A DNA stretch of 55,520 nt, from contig NW_021833772.1 of NCBI RefSeq assembly GCF_006345805.1, forward strand, positions 1-55,520. The letters run 5' to 3'. Below, piece by piece: positions 1-11,521 of this stretch. The stretch comes from Octopus sinensis. Lineage: Eukaryota. Under the pieces are notes generated by a model, which did no database searches, was not told where the DNA came from, and worked only from the letters and a program-made list of their open reading frames with translations. Position 1 is the first letter of the stretch, and each line of letters starts with the position of its first letter. A program made the translations under genes and the position numbers.

Positions 1-1090
1 AATGGTCTTTCTGTTCTAAAGATAGGCCCAACCTCTAGAGTTTATCTTGAACTGGTAATGCCCCCCCCCCAAGTAACACAATAAGGCCAGGGATTTATGG
101 AAGTTATCCATGGGTCCTGGACTGAAAGTCCTCTAGACCAGACTAGCCTGTTGATTTTCATTGATGGCCAGCTTTTTGCCAAGGGCATCATCATACTTGC
201 CTGCCACTAATTCGCTATAGAATGCTAAAGTGGAATTTCCACCAACTGCATTGCCTGGCTGGTAGAGGACTGTGAGTGTTTGATAACATTCCAGATACCA
301 AGTGCCTTCCCTTGGTCTTCACTTGACCCAGAACTGAGGTTCCATCAAAGAGAAAAGCTGTGGAGAAATGCATTGACAAATGGTGACCAACCTGTTTACT
401 GTAAACAAAATGCTGGAGATGATGCATGTCTGTGTGTCATTAGCTACAGTATGGCCAGTCCTCCATTCAGCAAATGAAGCACCTCACCTGTGGAACATAT
501 CCCCTTTCAACAGAAAGTAAAAGAGCAGGTGCTGCTGTCTGTTCAGACATGAAGTAGGACCAGCACAATGGTCAGGCAGTAATAAACGATGGATGCAATG
601 TAGACATTCAGCATCTCCGCTCAACCTTTCAAGGATAGTTTACTCTCCAACCCATCTCTGAGTGAGACTAGTCAATGTGTCCATCACCTTGTCTCAGTTC
701 TTGTCTAAATAGAGATTTGGACCAAACCAGACCTAGAACAACTTAACCTACCCATCTCCCAGTGTTCTATGAAGTTGTTAGATGGCATGGACTTGCCTTT
801 CCAGGTGCCAAGCTGTAAACCTAGACTTTTTCTTGGTTCAACACCTCATGCTCCCTTAGAGTAGTGCCAGTCTCCTCTGTGTGTTTGGTGCTCAACACTA
901 CGATGGGGAAATGGAAATTGCTTGCAATATCGATGAGAGGGGACAACCATGACAGACTGAATGCATGGTACTAAATGACTCTGATGGGTGGCCATTTAGC
1001 CCAACCACCAAGCAAATGTTGCTACAATTCAGCCCCTGAAGATGGGGTCAGAACCAGCTGCCATGAGGACAACAACCAAATATGATCAAC
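1..1090 (-). mobile_element. Degenerate L1/Tx1-clade LINE fragment (RT C-terminal half to zf-RVT region)
   Basis: Manual minus-strand translation gives NGHPSESFSTMHSVCHGCPLSS (QGCPLSP-like RT motif) and GPMDNFHKSLALLCYLGGALPVQDKL (L1/Tx1 zf-RVT-like). Many stops and frameshifts. Confidence 0.65.
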
Positions 1091-1377
1091 TCTAATGAAG
1101 GCATGTGATTAAGCTAAGTTGATCAAGTTCCTTGCTTACCTTGCTTATGATGTATCACATGAAGTGGAGGTTTTTATAGATAGATCTGTTTGGAATGACA
1201 AATTGTACATCATAAGTGAGACTAACAATGACAACCAGCAACTGCTTTGCTAACATCTTGAAAATAATATGTTTTTTTTTCATTCACTTAACTGAGAATT
1301 CCCCATTCTGCTGCTAGCTGTGGTAGATATCTGCCAAGAAGGTGAACTACTAGTACTACTACTGCTGCTACTGCTCT

Positions 1378-1424
<47 letters not shown>

Positions 1425-1446
1425 ATAATAATAATAATAATAATAA

Positions 1447-1661
1447 TGCCTTCAAATTTTGCCACAAAGGCAGCAGTTTTGGGGAAGGGGACAAGTTGAT
1501 TACATCGACCCCACTGTTTCACTGGTACTTATTTTATCAACCCTGAGAGGATGAAAGGCAAAGTTGACCTTGGTAAAATTTGAACTCAGAATGGAGCAAA
1601 GGGGCAAAATACTGCTAAGCATTTTGTCCAGTGTGCTAACAATTCTGCCAGCTCACTGCCT
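1447..1661 (-). mobile_element. tRNA-derived SINE (octopus OR/OK-type; family name unconfirmed) with (TAA)n/(TAC)n tail at 1379-1447
   Basis: Reverse complement starts aggcagtgagctggcagaattgttagcac and contains the B-box-like tgagttcaaatt. Same family as 18362-18575, 18624-18833 and 43049-43262. Confidence 0.8.
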
Positions 1662-1769
1662 TAATACTAATAATAATATCAAACTGGAAAGCCCCCGTTC
1701 CCCACACCAGATGGCACCCAGGGTTTCTGGCTCAAAAACCTCCCAAATATACACATGACTATTTTTTAG

Positions 1770-3815
1770 TCAGTGTCTAGAAAATGAAACATCAACATGG
1801 ATAATAAAAGGAAGAACAGTTTTGATACAGAAGAACAAAGGAAAGAGAGGGCTGAGACAGCAATTATAGACTAATTACTTGCTTACCATTACTCTGGAAG
1901 TTATAAACTGGTCTCATAGCAGAAGTATATAATTTTCTGGAAAAGGAGAACCTATTGCCAGAAGAGCAAAAAACATGTGGGAAGAAATGAAGGGGAATTG
2001 TTGATCTGTTGTATGTAGACAGCAGAATATTAAATGAAGTATGAGTAAGGAGGAAGAATTTCGCTGTTGGATGGATAGATTACATGAAGGCCTATTACAA
2101 TGGCCCACACAGCTGGCTCTTGGAGTATCTGAGGATGCTTGGAGTCAATGAGAAGATAACTTTTTGGAGAAAGCATTGAAAGTGTAGGAAGTAAAACTGA
2201 AATGTGCAAATGGATCACATTTTCCAAGGAGACTTACTCTCTTTGTTACTTTTCATCATTGCGTTAATCCCCCTGAGAAATATACTAAGAAAATCCAGGC
2301 CTGCCTATGAGTGTACTGAAACCAAGAAAGAATAAATCACCTACTTTATATGGTTGACCTCAAGATACATAGAAAAGATGAGGCAGACCTGAATCCTCTG
2401 ATCCAAACAGTGTGAGTATTCAGTAAAGATATTGGAATGCAGTTTGGGGTAGATAAGTGCACAGAGCTAGTAATGAAAAGAGGGTGGAAGGTAAATTCTG
2501 ATGGCATAAAATTACCACTGGACAACATAATTAGATCACTGCAGAATAATGAGGCATACAAATGCTTAGGAGTGCTGCAAGACAATAAAATAATGGAAAG
2601 AGAAGTCACTAAAAACTACAAGAGGAGACGTAGGAAGGTGCTTGAAACAAAAATTAAATGGAGGGAACATCATTAAAGCCACAACTACACGGGTAATGCC
2701 AGTACAGAGATACTCAGCTCCCTTTCTGAAATGGACAAAGATCGAACCGTAGAACTTGGATAGAAGAACTAGAAAGCACCTAACAATGCACTCCACCCTA
2801 AGAGTAATACTGACTGACTTTATCTGCCAAGAAATGGAGGTAGTAGAGGATTACTAAGCACCGAAGACGGCACTGTTAGTAGTGTGACACTGGGCCTGAA
2901 CAATTATATTGTGCAGAATAATATAAAAGTACTTTTGGCAAGCAGAGATACCTAAAAAGTGACTGAAGCAGTAGGAGAATTCAAAAAGAAACGGAAGAAC
3001 AACAGAATAAACAAATGGAAAGAAATGAACCTGTATGGCCAATTCATGCAACGAACCAAGAATAAGTGAAGATTACTGTGCTTGAAGAATAGGAACTTGA
3101 AACTAGAAACAGAAACACTAATTATAACCACTCAGGAACAAGCCCTTAGAACAAATCTGATAAAGGCAAAGATCAATAAAATTCAGTCAGACAGTAAATG
3201 TAGAATCTGCAGGAAAGGAGATGAAAGTATCAATCACATTTTGAGTAAGTGCAGTAAACTAGCACAAAAGGAGTATAAGCATAGACATGAATGTATTGGC
3301 AAAAGAGTGTGTTGGGATATTAGCCAAGTGTGTGGCTTCGAAACAATAGAAAAGTGTTATGAACATAAACTAGAAGACATGATAGAAAATGAGAATGACA
3401 AAATCTTGTGGAACTTCAACATAAAGACTGAACATGCTGTTAAGGCAAGATGATCAGACATGACTATAGAACACAAAATAAACAAATAGTACAAGATCAT
3501 AGATTATACAATTCCTCATAGTAGCAGGGTTGACACCAAAGAAATTGAAAAAAAATGAGAAATATCAGAATCTAGCCAGAGAGCTGAGGAGACTGTGGAA
3601 GACCAAGACAACAATATCTGAAATGCTGCCTAAAAGACTGAAAGAGATTGGAATTGAAACCCTCGCTATTGACCTGCACAAAAGTACCATCCTATATTCT
3701 GCAGGAATCCTAAGAAAGATTCTGGAGATTTGAGGAGACTCATTGTTGTCACCAACCCTCAAGATAAAATACTTGCTAACTAAATTAACATGCAATAGTG
3801 AAATAGTAATAATAA
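1770..3815 (+). mobile_element. 5'-truncated, decayed R4/Dong-type non-LTR retrotransposon (RT, CCHC knuckle, restriction-like endonuclease) with (AAT)n tail
   Basis: GRTVLIQK..NYRLITCLP; FQGDLLSLLLFIIALIP; HLLYMVDLK; MQFGVDKC; CRICRKGDESINHILSKC; KILWNFNIKTEH; EKYQNLARELRRLWK. ORF-track pieces at 2437-2676, 3082-3453 and 3530-3733. Confidence 0.85.
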
Positions 3816-3879
3816 TAATGATGATGATGATGATGATGAAAACATTATTATTATTAGTAGTAGATTCAGGTTCGTACCA

Positions 3880-4490
3880 TCCAACAGCATCAAGTGGTGC
3901 TGAACAGACAGACCAATTAAATTGTTCGGCATCTGTTGTGGTATAAATCTACAAGTGGAGAAGAACTGGGATGAAGTGACAAGTAGAGTGGCCAATCTCA
4001 GTCAGAAATGAAGAACTGAAATGTCCGGCAGAAGTGGTGAATACTTACAATGCTTTCATCATATATCATTGCTTGATCATCATGCTTTGTCCCAGTTCAT
4101 GTTTTACCAAAACAGTCCTGGGGTCAAGCAAAGACCAAGACAGGGCACTTGGCATCTGAAATGCCATCAGGTACTCACAGGCCTCTACCAGTCAAGCAGT
4201 GCAGTAAGGTGGAAGTTTTGTGTTGGTGTTCTATATAGAGAATTAGTGACGGACAAAAGTGATGATTAATGGGGAAACTCAAGTTGTTGATGAAAATCAA
4301 GTGGCTAGTCTGTTCTATCAGTCTTTTGGGACAGAGACCATTGGCCTAGCAGAACTAACAGGCGGTATCACTAATTTGAGATAAACTACAAATGTGGAAG
4401 TACCATCAGCTGGGCCTGTCTGGAATGAGTACAGAGCAACAAAACCATTTTGTCCTTGTCCAGTGCACAAACATTTCTGACTTGAACAGA
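3880..4490 (+). mobile_element. Second degenerate L1/Tx1-clade fragment, inverted relative to 1-1090
   Basis: LQVEKNWDEVTSRVANLSQK and VLVQCTNISDL-like remnants. Visible DNA similarity between ~4120-4320 and the reverse complement of ~130-330. Confidence 0.6.
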
Positions 4491-4499
4491 TATGCCCAT

Positions 4500-4927
4500 G
4501 GGCATATGGCATAGTGGTTAAGAGTGCGGGCTACTAACCCCAAGATTCCAAGTTCGATTCCAGGCAGTGACCTGAATAATAATAATAATATGCTGAGACC
4601 CCCGTCAGTCATGACTGACCATGGGATTGCACCTAGAAAGTTACCCTCTCAGGCACAAGTCTGGGCAAGGTTGTTTATGGAAGACCAGCAGTCACTCATG
4701 CATACCGGCCTCCCCTCTCCACGCCCCCACTGTATCCAAGGGAGAGGCAAAGGCCGATACAGCTTGGCACCTGTGACATTGCAACTCATTTCTACAGGTG
4801 AGTGAACTGGAGCAATGTGAAATAAAGTGTCTTGCTCAAGAACACAACACACAGCCTGGTCCAGGATTCGAACTCACAACCTTACGATCGTAAGCTCGAC
4901 GCTCTAACCACTGAGCCATGCACCTTC

Positions 4928-4960
<33 letters not shown>

Positions 4961-5082
4961 ACAACAACAACAACAACATTGAAAAATACCTTAGGAATGA
5001 GAACCCAGGTTTGAAATTTCCCCAAGACACCTGATGAAGGCGATGTGAACAAATATCCGCCAAATGTAAATAATGTAAATAA
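4500..5082 (+). mobile_element. tRNA-headed SINE with internal (AAT)n/(CAA)n tract and a tail containing CTGATGA; interrupted by a nested SINE
   Basis: A-box tggcatagtgg, B-box gttcgattcc. The body resumes at ~4979 (cattgaaaaataccttaggaatgagaacc...gacacctgatgaaggc). Confidence 0.7.
4591..4929 (-). mobile_element. Nested tRNA-derived SINE with a Meta/CORE-like central domain
   Basis: Minus strand reads gtgaaggtgcatggctcagtggttagagcg...gagttcgaatcc...tgtgttgtgttcttgagcaagacacttt. Inserted into the microsatellite of the host SINE. Confidence 0.75.
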
Positions 5083-5282
5083 TTGAACAGATATGTTGAA
5101 CAGCTGTTATTATTGTGTTGAATCATCCTAGTACATTGTAAAGATGATCGTGCTGCATTCCTGTGGCTCAGAAGTGCAAGCAGGTTTATTTATTAAGTGG
5201 ATCCAACAAAAGTGGTTGAGGAGTGAATGAGAGTGAACATGGATATTCTTTTTTGGCCCTCATAAACTTTATGAAGTTTTGT

Positions 5283-5674
5283 TCGTTAATTTCCGTAAAA
5301 AATTTTTTATATATTTACTTTTGTTTTAAAGTGAAAGATGTATGAACATGTATATGAAATAGATGTGCATGTGTGTGTGTGAGAGAGAGAGTGCCACTTA
5401 CACATACATGAGAACACACATGTTCACTCACTCTCTCTTTCTCTCCCTCTCTCTCACACACACACATACATACAAAAAAGATGTATGAATATGCAATGAT
5501 GTATGTACATATATTTGACAACACACCCCTTCACTCACTCTCTCTCTTTTGCTCTCTTTCTCTCTCTCTCTCTTTTTCTCTCTTCCTCTCTCTCTTTCAT
5601 ACACACACATGTACATACATCTTTACTTTAGAACAAAAGTAAATAAATAAAAAATTTTTACAGAAATTGACGAC
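5283..5674. mobile_element. Foldback/MITE-like element with ~65-bp terminal inverted repeats and a microsatellite-rich interior
   Basis: 5288-5351 (aatttccgtaaaaaattttttatatatttacttttg...) is the near reverse complement of 5607-5668. Confidence 0.65.
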
Positions 5675-6547
5675 TTGAAAATAATTTAAAAAAACATTAA
5701 GATATTGTCTCTTTAAAGAAAGCTAAAATATAAATACTTACTGAACAAAAAAACTATACATTTTTTAAATCACATTCAGTTAAAAATATTTCTAAATGAT
5801 TAAAATATTGTGTACATCAAAAAGTCAGCCTTTTTTGCTTTTTCTTAGAGAGCGTGAAGACTATGTACGTGTGTATGTCAAAGATAGCGGATGTGTGTTT
5901 GTGTTGACTGACATGTCATAACATTCATTATAAATGTGTATATTCTGTATGTGTATATTCTGTATGTGTATATTCTGTATGTCATGAGTAAACACAAAAA
6001 TTGTGTTTATTTGTTTTCATTAATATATAAAGGTCTAAATGTCACAAAAATTTGTATTGCACTGCCAAAGGTAAATATGAAAATAAATAGGCAAAAAAAC
6101 CAATTAAGATAAAAATATACTGTTTCTGAGATATTTCAGGTACACACAAACATCTGTAGAGTTTTCGTATTATTAAGATGTGGAAAATACAATGAGAGGA
6201 TGAAAGGAAGGTGTGTTTATCTCAAAGATGACCCAATATATAGTCACCAAAAGTCCAGAAAGTTCTGTGTTTCTTTTAATAATCTTAATTAATAGATAAG
6301 TGTGTAATTAATATTCTTGTAAAATTTGCATTATTTACATTCCCATATTAAACCTAATACAAATATATTTTTTGAATATTTTTTTGGACTTTATACCTAA
6401 AGTGTGACAAGGTATTTATATTCGCTATAATGTGCAATGAGAGTAAAATTCTTTGGGAGAAGAAAATTCACTGGTGTACAATGACACAACTTCCTTCCCA
6501 CCCCTCAAACCCACACCAAAACCTGTGAAATGTATTTACAACAGCGA

Positions 6548-6786
6548 TTACAGGTAGTATTGACTCTCGAGTTTCAATTGTAAGTTTTGTATTTCTTGAA
6601 ACAGGTCAGCAGTAAAGGTAATCCATTTACAGTGATTTAGTTTAAATGGTTTGATGTTGTTGTATTGAGGCAGGCATTCATTTTGTAGAGACAACATTGC
6701 AAAATATAACAGTATTGTGTGACACTGTTTCTGACTCTCATTGATTAGTCGGTAGGAACGAATGACATGCGTGGCTGGGCAACCTG
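6548..6786 (-). CDS. Candidate terminal coding exon, product unknown (GCPATHVIRSYRLINESQKQCHTILLYFAMLSLQ...ESQYYL*)
   Basis: Acceptor ttatgcctag|CAG (NAGNAG), then 78 open codons to TAA in non-repetitive sequence. No homology recognised. Confidence 0.25.
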
Positions 6787-7539
6787 CTAGGCATAATAAC
6801 ACTCTCATAAACCACACTAAGAAAAGGAAGGACACAACAAAGTTGTCCTAACTATACAAAATTATGGGATGATCATGGTTGGAATACATTTTTCCAAAGT
6901 TCTGTTGGATCAGGTCTCATCTGGAGCCAACAGCAACAACAACAACAACACAGTTAAAAAATAACATGCTTGGTATGTGAAGAGGGAGATTTGGCTTCTA
7001 CTTTTAGTAGTTCAGTTGACCATAAAAAGGTTCCATCATTAATTAGAAGCCAACCACACTATAGTTGTGTTCCACATTGATTCAATGTCATTCTGTGTTG
7101 GACGCCTTTTGATGTTGGTTGCCCTGCAGTTTTGTTAAATACACAGGTTTATAGTATTGACATGTACTGTGAACAGGGAGCCCTTGTTCAATGGAGACAG
7201 ATAAACAAGCTTCAGCAGAAATTGTTAAAGCAATCATTGTTCTCAGAAATCTTTAGAGTTTCAGACATTTCTGCAGGATACGAAAGTCAGAAAACTGATT
7301 CCAATTTGAGGAAACATCTGTTTTAGACAACAACTATTTCATGTTAAGAAAGGGTTGAAACACCTCTATTTAGGGCCAAAGATTGGCAGGGTGACAAACA
7401 AAACACCTTGTATTGAGTTATAAAGCTTTAAGTTCTGAGTTCAAAACCCATTAGGGTCTTTAAAACTGAAATTTTAAGGTTGGGATTGCAAAATATACCT
7501 ATCCCTGCAATCATATAAGAGGCAAACTATTATGAGGGT

Positions 7540-8240
7540 AAATTACTGAGGCATTACTATTTTCATGAAGAGACATGGCTTAAAGACATGATTACACAGA
7601 TGTCTAAAGAATATGAAGAACAAAACCTTTGGAGTTTAACAGATATGTGATCAATGACAGGAAGAAGGACAGGGATTTAGATCTAGATCAAACTAGCCAA
7701 TAAAAATAGAGTAGCATTAATATTTAAGAGGCCATCAAACTGTTGAAAATAAAGTTGTAAAGATGGTGACTATACAAATATATTGCTATTTTAGCCTGTT
7801 GTGTTGATGGCACAAAACTCCCATCTTTTACTAATCTGTAAATGAGAAACAACATCCAAAGAAATTAATCTGTCTGGTGTTCTTATTCAGGTTCCTCACA
7901 AAGAGTAAATGGACAAAGGCAGTGGTAACTCTGTGGTTAGGGAAAATATGGTCACAGTGTCCAGGTGGTCAGTTAAAGAAACTAGTATTACTAGTGTAAG
8001 ATCAATTTCAAGTCTACAGAAGCAATAACAAAGAAAATACAGTTCTCCCAAGTGATATTGCAGTTACATCGACTGGGTGTTTCTGTTGACACTCATAGGA
8101 GATTGTAAAAACAATATTGACAAACATTAGAGTGAAACAAACAATGTTTTAATTCAAATTACACAGCCATGGTGAAGAGAGAGTATTGTTGGTTTAATGA
8201 TTAATTCTAAGTAAGAGTGGCAGGGTAGACAACTCTGAAA
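7540..8240 (+). mobile_element. Decayed pogo/Tigger-type (DDE_1) transposase remnant
   Basis: CCVDGTKLPSLLICK...KEINLSGVLIQVPHK..MD resembles the pogo motif ACCADGTKLPP..IFK..VH.KGWMD. Heavily frameshifted. Confidence 0.6.
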
Positions 8241-8899
8241 TCAAAACTAATTAAAAATAAAATATGGTCAATGTAGTGTAACTTCCTTGACCATAATTGT
8301 TAATTAAACAATTCTTTCTCCTCATTAGTAGTGTAATTTTAATGAGCATAATTACTCTGCTTCATGAAAAGTTACAAATGATAAGTCTTACCTTATACAT
8401 AATTAACAAGTTATATTTTTAAAAGAAATTTTTGACAATTCAAAGCATCATCAAAAATTTATTTTTTAAAAATATTTAATTTAGAATAAAATGGATGTAC
8501 ATTAATAAGTTTACTCCACTGTTACTGAATATAATTACTACAAATTGTACACTGTGCTTGTTTGTTATCCTAAGTACCTGTACAAGCATTTCAGAGATAT
8601 TACCAAGTCCCAACTACCCTTACATCCCCTGGTAGCCATTCAGTAATGTGAAGATCATTGGTGCACCCACAATCTCATATCCAGAGAGAGGGAGGGAGGG
8701 AGAGAGAAGGTGATGAGAGAAAGAGTCAATAGAAGTATCTTAACTTTCAACTTAAATGTAAAATATATTTCTTGAGAATGTCACAAACTCCATGCTTAGT
8801 TTACTGTATATTAAAACATACTGTTATATTACAAACATACACATCATCCACTAATGTCATCAATAGCATTATCATTGCTGCTGCTGTTTCTATGTTTTC

Positions 8900-9450
8900 A
8901 TAATCTTCCAAGATAAATTCAGCTTTACCTGCTGGCACAACAAACCAAAATAACAATATGGTTATATAGTCACCATCTTTACAACTTCATTTTCTTTGAG
9001 GGCCTATCAAATGTTAATATTCGCTAATTTGCTTTATATTTAAATCTCTTTCCTTCTTCCTGTTACTGTTCACATGTTTGTTCAAGTCCAAGATTTTTCC
9101 TTCGTATTCTTCATACATCTGTGTGATCCTGTCATTAAATCATGCCTCTTCGTGAAAATGGTAGCACCAAGATGCTGATCTAGCAAACACACCTGCTGGT
9201 ACATTTCCCTTTTCTACCACTCACTTTACCTTGCACATTATTGTTGAAGCCTCTCTACCCAACACATAATTGACTGGGTAGCCATAATTTTATACAGTTG
9301 AGAAAATTTGGCTTCTTAATGACAGTCTTTCCTTTTTGTTTTCGCTTATTCTTGTGTTCATTAATGCCTCATTCAGTTGTCTTCATTCATGAATCATTCT
9401 TTCCAGCTGGCGATGGTTCATACTGTCTCTAAACTGTCTAGTTGCCATGT
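8900..9450 (-). mobile_element. Second pogo-type remnant (N-terminal/HTH region), inverted relative to the first
   Basis: Minus strand shares gttgtaaagatggtgactata..atattg and attttcac/tgaagag..catg..ttaa.gaca.gat.acacagatg with 7560-7790. Confidence 0.55.
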
Positions 9451-9677
9451 TGTTTGGTATATTTTAACAACTTGTAGCTTATAACTAATTATGTACGTCT
9501 GTTTTCTCTGCAACCTGCATAATTGACATTGTACAGTGTTGTAGAAGGTTACTATTGGCTGAATAACTAAACTGACACGTAACAGATGGTGTCTACTTTG
9601 CTGTTACTTCTGCCTGCCTACAAAAGCCAAGACATTGTCAATTCCTAATACACCAAACAAATGATTCTTCACTCACC

Positions 9678-9919
9678 ACTGATGCCACCAAATCACCGTA
9701 AATTTCTGCTTACCATCAAAACGTTACAAAACTAATAAATATGGTGACTATGGTAGTGAGAAGTATTTAGTACAATTAGTAAATTGTAACCATAGGTTAC
9801 TGATGCCACTAAATCACCGTAAATTTCTGCTTACCATCAAAACGTTACAAAACTAATAAATATGGTGACTATGGTAGTGAGAAGTATTTAGTACAATTAG
9901 TAAATTGTAACCATAGGTT
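9678..9919. repeat. 121-bp tandem duplication (2 copies)
   Basis: actgatgccac(c/t)aaatcaccgtaaatttc...ccataggtt repeats at an offset of 121 with one mismatch seen. Confidence 0.95.
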
Positions 9920-10559
9920 CGGGCCCTAGTGAAATCTGGACCCAACTGTTGAGCTCCATTCTACAACTTGGCTTTTTAGTATCACTAAGATACAGAATGA
10001 TTTGGGGAGACTTTTTTTACGGAGAAAAAGAAAAAAATGATTATTTTTATGAACTGTAGAATGGGGAATACAGTAATTAATTGGCTCAGTTCATTAGGTT
10101 AGTGGCAGACCTTACAACATGAGCTGACCTTGCTATGCGAATGATGTTTTAGAGAATAAACTCCAAAGAGAAAATACCCATAATAAAGGATGTATGTTTC
10201 ATTAAATATGTTAATTTATGAGAAAGTCTGACTCTAAATGAACTGAAAGCAAAGAGGAAAGGGGATCGGAAGGGGACATGAAATAGTTTTGTAACGTAAT
10301 ATGAATAGATGTAGAATGTTAGGTGATTATGTGCAGAGGGTCATCGTATGAAGGTAAGGGTGTGACAGAGACAAAAGAAGAAGAGTTTGAACATGAAGTC
10401 AACAAGAGGAAAGGTCAGTTCAGATGCCACAAGATGAAATACAAAGATGAAATACAAAGACAGGAAATTCTAAAATACAGAGTTTATAGTTGTTGTTCAT
10501 TTTATGAGACAATGAAATTAAATACAAAGAACAAAACTATGTTAGGAATCTAGCCTTTA

Positions 10560-11170
10560 TCATCATCATCATCGTCATTGTCATCACCATCATCGTCATC
10601 GTCATCATCATCATTATCATCATTTAGTGCCTGTTGTCCATGCTGGCATTGGTTTGACTAGGGCTGGAAAGCTAAGGGGCTGCACCAAACTCCAGTCTGA
10701 TTGGCATGGTTTCTATGGCTGGATGTCCTTCCTTACACGCACCACTCTGAGAGTGTAATGGGTGCTTTTACGTGCCGGTTGCATGACACCAGTATCTGTC
10801 ATGACTACGATTTCACTTGGCTTGATGGTTCTTTTTCTCAAGCACAGCATATTGCCAAAGGTATTGGTCATGTGTCATTGCCTCCATGAGGCCCAAGTGC
10901 TTGAAAGGTGCTCTCTATGTGCCAGTTACATGACACCAACAACAGCCACAACTATGATTTCACTTGCTTTGACAGGTCTTCTTAAGCATGGCATATTACC
11001 AAAAGTTTCAGTCACTAGTCATTGCCTCCAGGAGGCTCAACATTTGAAGATCACACTTCACCACCTTGTCCCACATCTTCCTGGGTCTCCTTCTTCCACA
11101 GTTTCCTTCCACTGATAGAGATCGGCACTTCTTCACGCAGCTGTCCACATCCATACGCATCACATGATCA
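10560..11170 (-). mobile_element. Old RTE LINE 3' end with (GAT)n tail
   Basis: GNCGRRRPRKMWDKVVKCDL; ccatgctggcat..g 3' motif; (CAT)n on the plus strand. Confidence 0.8.
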
Positions 11171-11521
11171 GGAGCTATCTTTAAAATGCTCTTTCTCAAT
11201 ATTAAAAACACTAAATCACAGACCTTAATCATTCAGTAATGCTATCTATACGTAAACCAACAGTTATCTTAATGGTAACATATTTAATGTAGCGAGCATT
11301 AAATATTTAATCAGAAATAGCTATGTGGTGAGGAAAAGACAATATTAGCTAAATGACTAATATTATTTAAAGAAACTGCAATAAATTAACAGTGTTAATT
11401 TTCAATGCTATTGGGTATATCTATTGATTTTTAGCCAACACTCAATGTATATTAGTCTAGTTGAGTTCTCCTTTGCTGTCTCCTAAGACAGTGTATAGAA
11501 AGACAATATGCTTACATCTAT

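Noticed and set aside
4500-4575. tRNA-like sequences with A and B boxes (also in the other SINE heads)
   Set aside because: They continue into SINE bodies and lack a complete cloverleaf.
7129-7326. Plus-strand open frame after ccctgcag (LLNTQVYSIDMYCEQG...)
   Set aside because: No convincing donor, no recognised homology, and it overlaps equally long opposite-strand frames.
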